Assembly: GCA_048886185.1 (NCBI GenBank)
Contig: JBHLKY010000045.1
Span: 1 to 11,823 of the forward strand
Direction of reading: 5' to 3'
From: Candidatus Hermodarchaeota archaeon
GTDB taxonomy: Archaea; Asgardarchaeota; Heimdallarchaeia; Hodarchaeales; Hodarchaeaceae
DNA: 11,823 nucleotides
The translations under genes were made by a program, and so were the position numbers. Below the pieces are notes generated by a model. That model made no database searches. It worked only from the letters and a program-made list of their open reading frames with translations, and had not been told where the DNA came from. This document shows positions 8,701-11,823 of this stretch, in pieces. The stretch's first letter is position 1. Each line of letters opens with the position of its first letter.

Positions 8701-8878
8701 TCTTATCCTCATTGAAGAATTTTTTTTCTTGGATATACCAAAGAATTACCATTTGCAACATAAATCTATCTATAAATTCTTTTCTCTTTGTTTCATGAGA
8801 GGATCCGCTCATATTCTGAAGCAAGAGTATCCTAGTCTTTTTATAGAAATAATAGAACTCATCTATTTTAGATTTCAT
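5705..8878 (-). CDS. Eco57I/type IIG-like gamma-class N6-adenine DNA methyltransferase with a TaqI_C-like target-recognition domain; no nuclease domain seen
   Basis: GAYYTP motif X. Motif I ILDPAVGTAHFL (DPAVGTAHF at 8111-8137). VYGVDIN, NLKEGNSLL, FHWxxxFPEIF. Motif IV FDIIITNPPY (NPPY at 7280-7291). C-terminal LIILNSS..FPIP typical of this TRD. The ORF is open from GTG 8932; ATG 8878 (MKSKID) is the more plausible start. Confidence 0.88.
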   Translation of the reverse strand: MKSKIDEFYYFYKKTRILLLQNMSGSSHETKRKEFIDRFMLQMVILWYIQEKKFFNEDKNYFLKKFKESQLSSSSYRTDNYFKFLIYFLKKLNDHLDETYFEDEHLGKIVVPRPAIFFKVEPDLKTISIPDKCFYYKRKARELSIIDNTGPPLLNFLENSGGVFNGFTLGGLYENLIAQIEKKRSGAYYTPESVTNYLCRTTIESYLLDRINTKYGTKYSSVDTILMSSDLRIITSLLNILQQIRILDPAVGTAHFLESAIIILMEIYVKIWREAKKINLKEGIKITLADETGNFRTLNLLEISDEFNFKFSITMNLILTKNVYGVDINPNVLNIAKARLFLNLIHFYNVTKDPFSNLPYFFSNLKEGNSLLGYIQAEKSQLTKQKKLDSFLLELIDSFEPIKVDYPLRKYLRKASIALNISGDLGKELEELNQVLIKREITQNEIRKILGTKRKIHQILISSLHSPFFLQIQNLLIRIESLLNVKLDGMFSSEYNIDSKKLMNVKTFHWSCGFPEIFLEDGGFDIIITNPPYLGESGNKLLFRTYAKALKEYYEGKMDLWYFFLHRSLDLMTSQAFSSMISSSYWITASGAAKLRSRLLLNTFIVRYINFGENKVFGTAQGVHTNIIILKKKKEPNNSISCALYEKTYPRGSDLIQKLADQHIFEAAQSKLIIEGWDHYFHFFPKKIREIIENVTKNSTMLKASNFYVKEGIVTGLNKITRQQIRKFGLPNEWNGMGVFILNQQNSKDWEVIESFSYDEKMYLKPFYKNSDINKYTTNLKTFKRILYVNRTLENLNQVPKIKLHLEKFQKILEYSLDNPPYINRPRTQNIFTSPKIVTPQRSVQNTFAYNSCDWFAAQDVYYILSKNNDRKKLKSLLIILNSSFAYFWLYWMGKRKGRHLELFGEPLGYFPIPSALEGINILSSIAEYILFLRSCERKTVFLKHLINYFEEEIADSLVFEIYFMKQLDENGVIPLIEIISKKLTPIEYDQWHILNSLEQLENELNTTDKSQKEAFELENLDIIEETYSSLIKNNNLRIRIDQIKANPLVKTIVERN

Positions 8879-9110
8879 GAATACAAAACCTTTAAACATC
8901 CATAGATGTTTATAGTGGAATTTAGGATTCACTTTGTATTGATCTAAATAAAATATTACAGAATATTCATTGTGAACCTATAAGAAGCATTTTTTTCATC
9001 GTTACAAAAATATTAAGGTAGACTTATGAGGATATTCTCTGTTGGATATAATATATCCTTGAAAATAATAGATTAGTCCTAAAAACAAGAAAATTGATAG
9101 AAATTATTAG

Positions 9111-9150
9111 CCATCCAAAAAAGATGGGGGTGTCTTAAAAACACCCTTTT
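9111..9150 (-). terminator. Twin stem-loops downstream of profilin, probable terminator or RNA-structure element
   Basis: GGGTGT(9128-9133)/ACACCC(9141-9146) directly abuts CCATC(9111-9115)/GATGG(9123-9127). On the minus strand the second loop carries T6. The element starts about 30 nt after the profilin stop. Confidence 0.5.
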
Positions 9151-9177
9151 ATAAAAGATAGCTTATTAGTTCCAATT

Positions 9178-9546
9178 TTATTTGAATAGAGCCGCCATTC
9201 GCGACACTTCTGCATGGATATTCAGGGGGGGAATCTGGACATCTCCTGGTGTCCAAGTTAAGAAATAATATCCATTTGGAGCGCGAGCTATAACGATTAT
9301 TCCTGCTCCACGAACATTTCGTGCCACGAAATATCCTGTCTCCCATTCGTTCATAATCGCAGAAAACCGTGTTCCTCCGATGGTAACTCCTGGTTCCTTA
9401 TTCCTCCATGCTGTCAATATAGCTGCACCATTTACTTGCCATTCGGGCTGGTTAGTCCAGTAGATTCCTCCATTAGCGTCAAGAATAGTGACAATTGAAA
9501 TATAACCATTTTGAATTAGAGAGTTCATAGTATCTTGGTAGCTCAT
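9178..9546 (-). CDS. Profilin (Asgard-type actin-binding eukaryotic signature protein)
   Basis: 122 aa with the profilin layout: N-terminal helix MSYQDTMNSL (cf. eukaryotic MSWQxYVDxxL), strand SIVTILDANGGIYW (cf. AAIxGxDGxVWA), GVTIGGTRFS (cf. GxxxGGxKYx), GIIVIAR, YFLTW, and C-terminal helix VSRMAALFK. Confidence 0.85.
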   Translation of the reverse strand: MSYQDTMNSLIQNGYISIVTILDANGGIYWTNQPEWQVNGAAILTAWRNKEPGVTIGGTRFSAIMNEWETGYFVARNVRGAGIIVIARAPNGYYFLTWTPGDVQIPPLNIHAEVSRMAALFK

Positions 9547-9552
9547 TTCAAT

Positions 9553-9557
9553 ACCTC
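9553..9557 (-). promoter_or_regulatory. Shine-Dalgarno-like motif of profilin
   Basis: Minus strand reads GAGGTattgaaATG. Confidence 0.5.
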
Positions 9558-9734
9558 AAGTTGTCTTTACATAGTGATTTTAAATACGAAAGTAGTAATT
9601 ATATGTTCCGATATATATGTTTGCAAAATGTAATATAATGAAAAAACACAGTAAAACAGTTGATCATCATCATTTAGTTGAAATTATGTAACTTATACTA
9701 GAACTGTAAATTAAAGATAAATGTCAATTATATA

Positions 9735-9770
9735 TGAGATATTAACGCGAGTTAACGATAAGATATCTCA
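9735..9770. promoter_or_regulatory. Nested inverted repeat, candidate operator in the profilin/MTase divergent intergenic region
   Basis: TGAGATAT(9735-9742)/ATATCTCA(9763-9770), with an inner TTAAC-gcga-GTTAA palindrome at 9742-9755. Confidence 0.3.
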
Positions 9771-9798
9771 CATCAATTGAATAACTCAAAATTATTTT

Positions 9799-9804
9799 GA
9801 GGAG
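9799..9804 (+). promoter_or_regulatory. Shine-Dalgarno-like motif
   Basis: GAGGAG ending 11 nt before ATG 9816. Confidence 0.5.
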
Positions 9805-9815
9805 ATACGACACTT

Positions 9816-11051
9816 ATGACAGATATTGAAAGGCGTCAGCTCGTTTGGCGAGGGAAATTTGAATCGAAAAGAAATCTAGATCAAGTCAAAAATACTCTTG
9901 TATTTGAAATAATGGAAACAATTAATAAGTTTGAATCTGCAGAGGCGTGGAATAATAAGCTCATATTAAGTGAAAATATACCAGCCCTTCAGTCTCTTTT
10001 GAGAGAGTTTTCTGGAAAAATTAACGTTATCTATATCGATCCTCCTTTCGCATCAGGATTAACATTCAAAACAAACGCTCAACGTAATCATAATAAGAGC
10101 AAGAAAGTAGTTATTTCTTCAGATACTGAAAATTTGGGATTTAAAGATACTTGGGGAGAAGGAGGTTTGGATGTATATTTGACCTTTATGTATGAAAGAC
10201 TGATCTTGATGCGAGACCTTTTGGCAAATACAGGATCACTTTTTGTCCATCTTGACTGGCACGCAGTGCATTATGTCAAAATCATTCTTGATGAGATTTT
10301 TGGTTATGAAAATTTCAGAGCTGACATTATTTGGCAGCGAACTCCAGGGCACCACTTATCTTCGACCATGGATGTCATGACGGATATTATTCTCTGGTAT
10401 AGCAAATCTCCTGACTTTATTTATCACCAACAATATCAATCTCTATCTGAAGAGGAAAAAAGAGATAAATTTCCTTATCTTGAAGAGGAAACTGGTCGAA
10501 GTTTTACTCATGAGAAGCTTGAACAGAGTGCAAATGCATACAGCATTGGTGAAAAAAGATTAATTGATGGTAGAGAAATTACAACTAATATAGGATGGCG
10601 TTGGACTCAAGAAACATTTGATAAAAGAATAGCAGAAAATCCTCATCTAATTTTTTGGACAAGTAAGGGAAGACCGCGTTATAAACGTTATTCAGATGAA
10701 TATCCAGGGAGGAAGATTGGAAACCTTTGGATTGATATCCCAGCTCTCGCATCGAATGATAAAGAACGATTAGGATACCCAACTCAAAAACCCGAGGTTT
10801 TACTTGAAAGAATCATAAGAATGACAACCAGAGAGGGTGATATTGTCGCTGATTTTTTTTGTGGTTCTGGGACTACAGTAGTAGTAGCAGAAAAATTGAA
10901 TCGACGCTGGATAGGCGTGGACTCTTTGAAATATGCCATTAACTTGACTAAAAAGCGGTTAATCAACATAAGAAAGTCAAAAAGCCTCTCACAAGATGGG
11001 AAACCCTACGATAAAGAGGCCAACTCCTTTGAAATATTAAAACTAGCCTAA
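9816..11051 (+). CDS. Beta-class (type III Mod-like, N6_N4_Mtase) DNA methyltransferase, probably N6-adenine; no Res gene adjacent
   Basis: WNNKLI..GKINVIYIDPPF (DPPF at 10038-10049), LMRDLL..TGSLFVHLDW, YPTQKPEVLLERII, and motif I VADFFCGSGTT (from 10851) lying after motif IV, i.e. beta order. Ends in tandem TAA TAA. Confidence 0.9.
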   Translation: MTDIERRQLVWRGKFESKRNLDQVKNTLVFEIMETINKFESAEAWNNKLILSENIPALQSLLREFSGKINVIYIDPPFASGLTFKTNAQRNHNKSKKVVISSDTENLGFKDTWGEGGLDVYLTFMYERLILMRDLLANTGSLFVHLDWHAVHYVKIILDEIFGYENFRADIIWQRTPGHHLSSTMDVMTDIILWYSKSPDFIYHQQYQSLSEEEKRDKFPYLEEETGRSFTHEKLEQSANAYSIGEKRLIDGREITTNIGWRWTQETFDKRIAENPHLIFWTSKGRPRYKRYSDEYPGRKIGNLWIDIPALASNDKERLGYPTQKPEVLLERIIRMTTREGDIVADFFCGSGTTVVVAEKLNRRWIGVDSLKYAINLTKKRLINIRKSKSLSQDGKPYDKEANSFEILKLA

Positions 11052-11068
11052 TAAAATTGCCTATTAGG
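11047..11068. terminator. Short hairpin over the MTase stop codon, between convergent genes
   Basis: CCTAATA(11047-11053)/TATTAGG(11062-11068), 8-nt loop, AT-rich and weak. Confidence 0.2.
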
Positions 11069-11107
11069 AACTAAAATGAATAAAGTCGAAACGATTATTA
11101 TTTCTAG

Positions 11108-11626
11108 TTAAATTGAGAATGGAGCATCCCATATTTCTTGTATACGCCCAATTAAATGGATAGGGAAGGTTATAAGACCAATTTGATACTCCAAAGTGAT
11201 ATCGACATCCAGAACCAAGTAAGCATCAACAATGGCAAGCATCGGAATCCAAGAAGATACCTTAATATAAAGAGGAATTTGAAGAAAGTCTTTTGGATGT
11301 ATTATCTCAATTTCCTGTGTTAAATTCACTAGTATAGTATCAGGGAATAATCCAAAGTCTTCAATGCTAACAACAGATAAGGAAGCCCTAATCCTACCAT
11401 TTCTCAGGATTCCTGGTGAATGGTTACTAATATTAACAGGAATGATGATATCAATGAACCCATTGAAGCTAGACCCTTCTCGAGAAAGATTGGGATGAAT
11501 TTCGGGATGAGGAGGGAGTTCAACTTCCACTTGTTGAGTAGAGAAAAAAGTAAGAAGAGCGATGGAAGCCAAAGAAAGAATTATGATGATGGGGATAACT
11601 AAAGGTTTCTTGGATCTATTAGTCAT
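11108..11626 (-). CDS. Hypothetical membrane-anchored protein: N-terminal TM helix plus a beta-rich domain, possibly LEA_2/WHy-like
   Basis: Basic MTNRSKK, then hydrophobic PLVIPIIIILSLASIALLTFF, then alternating beta-strand patterns (IDIIIPVNISNHS, VLDVDITLEY). The ORF track starts at TTG 11641; ATG 11626 overlaps the upstream stop as TAATG. Confidence 0.65.
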   Translation of the reverse strand: MTNRSKKPLVIPIIIILSLASIALLTFFSTQQVEVELPPHPEIHPNLSREGSSFNGFIDIIIPVNISNHSPGILRNGRIRASLSVVSIEDFGLFPDTILVNLTQEIEIIHPKDFLQIPLYIKVSSWIPMLAIVDAYLVLDVDITLEYQIGLITFPIHLIGRIQEIWDAPFSI

Positions 11627-11823
11627 TATTTTGACATCCAAAGGTGTGCTACAGCCAAACTGGAAGCTAGAACCATAAAAACCAGTAATACCATCATGAG
11701 ATTACTACCGACTTCAAAAATATAGGTTCCACCAGTTCGACTTCCGAGGAAAATGCCTAAAATTGTAGAGCCAGTCATAATTGCTGTAATTTTACCAACA
11801 TCAATAAGGTTTGAATTATCCAT
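11626..11823 (-). CDS. Membrane protein, probably the C-terminal part of a gene running off the window end
   Basis: Two hydrophobic segments (ITAIMTGSTILGIFLG; LMMVLLVFMVLASSLAVAHLW). Its stop is coupled to the next ATG. The apparent ATG is exactly the last codon of the window, so it may be internal. Confidence 0.55.
   Translation of the reverse strand: MDNSNLIDVGKITAIMTGSTILGIFLGSRTGGTYIFEVGSNLMMVLLVFMVLASSLAVAHLWMSK

Noticed and set aside
9149-9346. 65-aa ORF overlapping the profilin 3' half in another frame
   Set aside because: Out-of-frame overlap on the same strand with no SD or motif; the profilin frame explains the sequence.
9578-9618. TATA boxes for profilin
   Set aside because: Several equally good AT-rich candidates exist (9578-9586, ~9597-9603, ~9612-9618), and none can be singled out without transcription start data.
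10853-10860. Phase-variable homopolymers (T8 in the Mod-like motif I, A8 at 7792-7799, G7 at 1608-1614 and 9225-9231)
   Set aside because: The runs are short, all frames are intact, and similar runs occur throughout this AT-rich window. There is no long simple-sequence repeat of the phasevarion type.
5705-11051. Complete restriction-modification, BREX or DISARM system, or an integrated mobile element
   Set aside because: No nuclease, helicase, ATPase, PglZ, integrase or transposase gene, and no convincing flanking direct or inverted repeats were seen.
10585-11602. Short ORFs 10585-10782(-), 10784-10969(-), 11420-11602(+)
   Set aside because: Antisense to longer, better-supported genes.

Overview
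AT-rich prokaryotic window, most likely from an Asgard archaeon (inferred from a profilin gene plus an archaeal PGF-CTERM-like cell-surface protein; Heimdallarchaeia/Hodarchaeales-like is plausible but cannot be proven from this window). In order: the 3' end of cysteinyl-tRNA synthetase; an 862-aa cell-surface protein with two tandem NIDO-like+beta-sandwich units; a DUF885 protein; a zinc-binding sirtuin that looks like eukaryotic class IV (SIRT6/7); a large Eco57I/type IIG-like adenine methyltransferase with no visible nuclease domain; a profilin; a Mod-like beta-class methyltransferase with no Res partner; and two translationally coupled membrane-protein ORFs, the last probably cut by the window edge. 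No rRNA, tRNA, CRISPR array, transposase, integrase or reverse transcriptase was seen. Main signals: two eukaryote-like proteins (class IV-like sirtuin, profilin) interleaved with two apparently orphan DNA methyltransferases, and a 177-nt patch homogenised to 93% identity inside an otherwise ~50%-diverged domain duplication. All family assignments come from motif recognition by eye; no database search was run.
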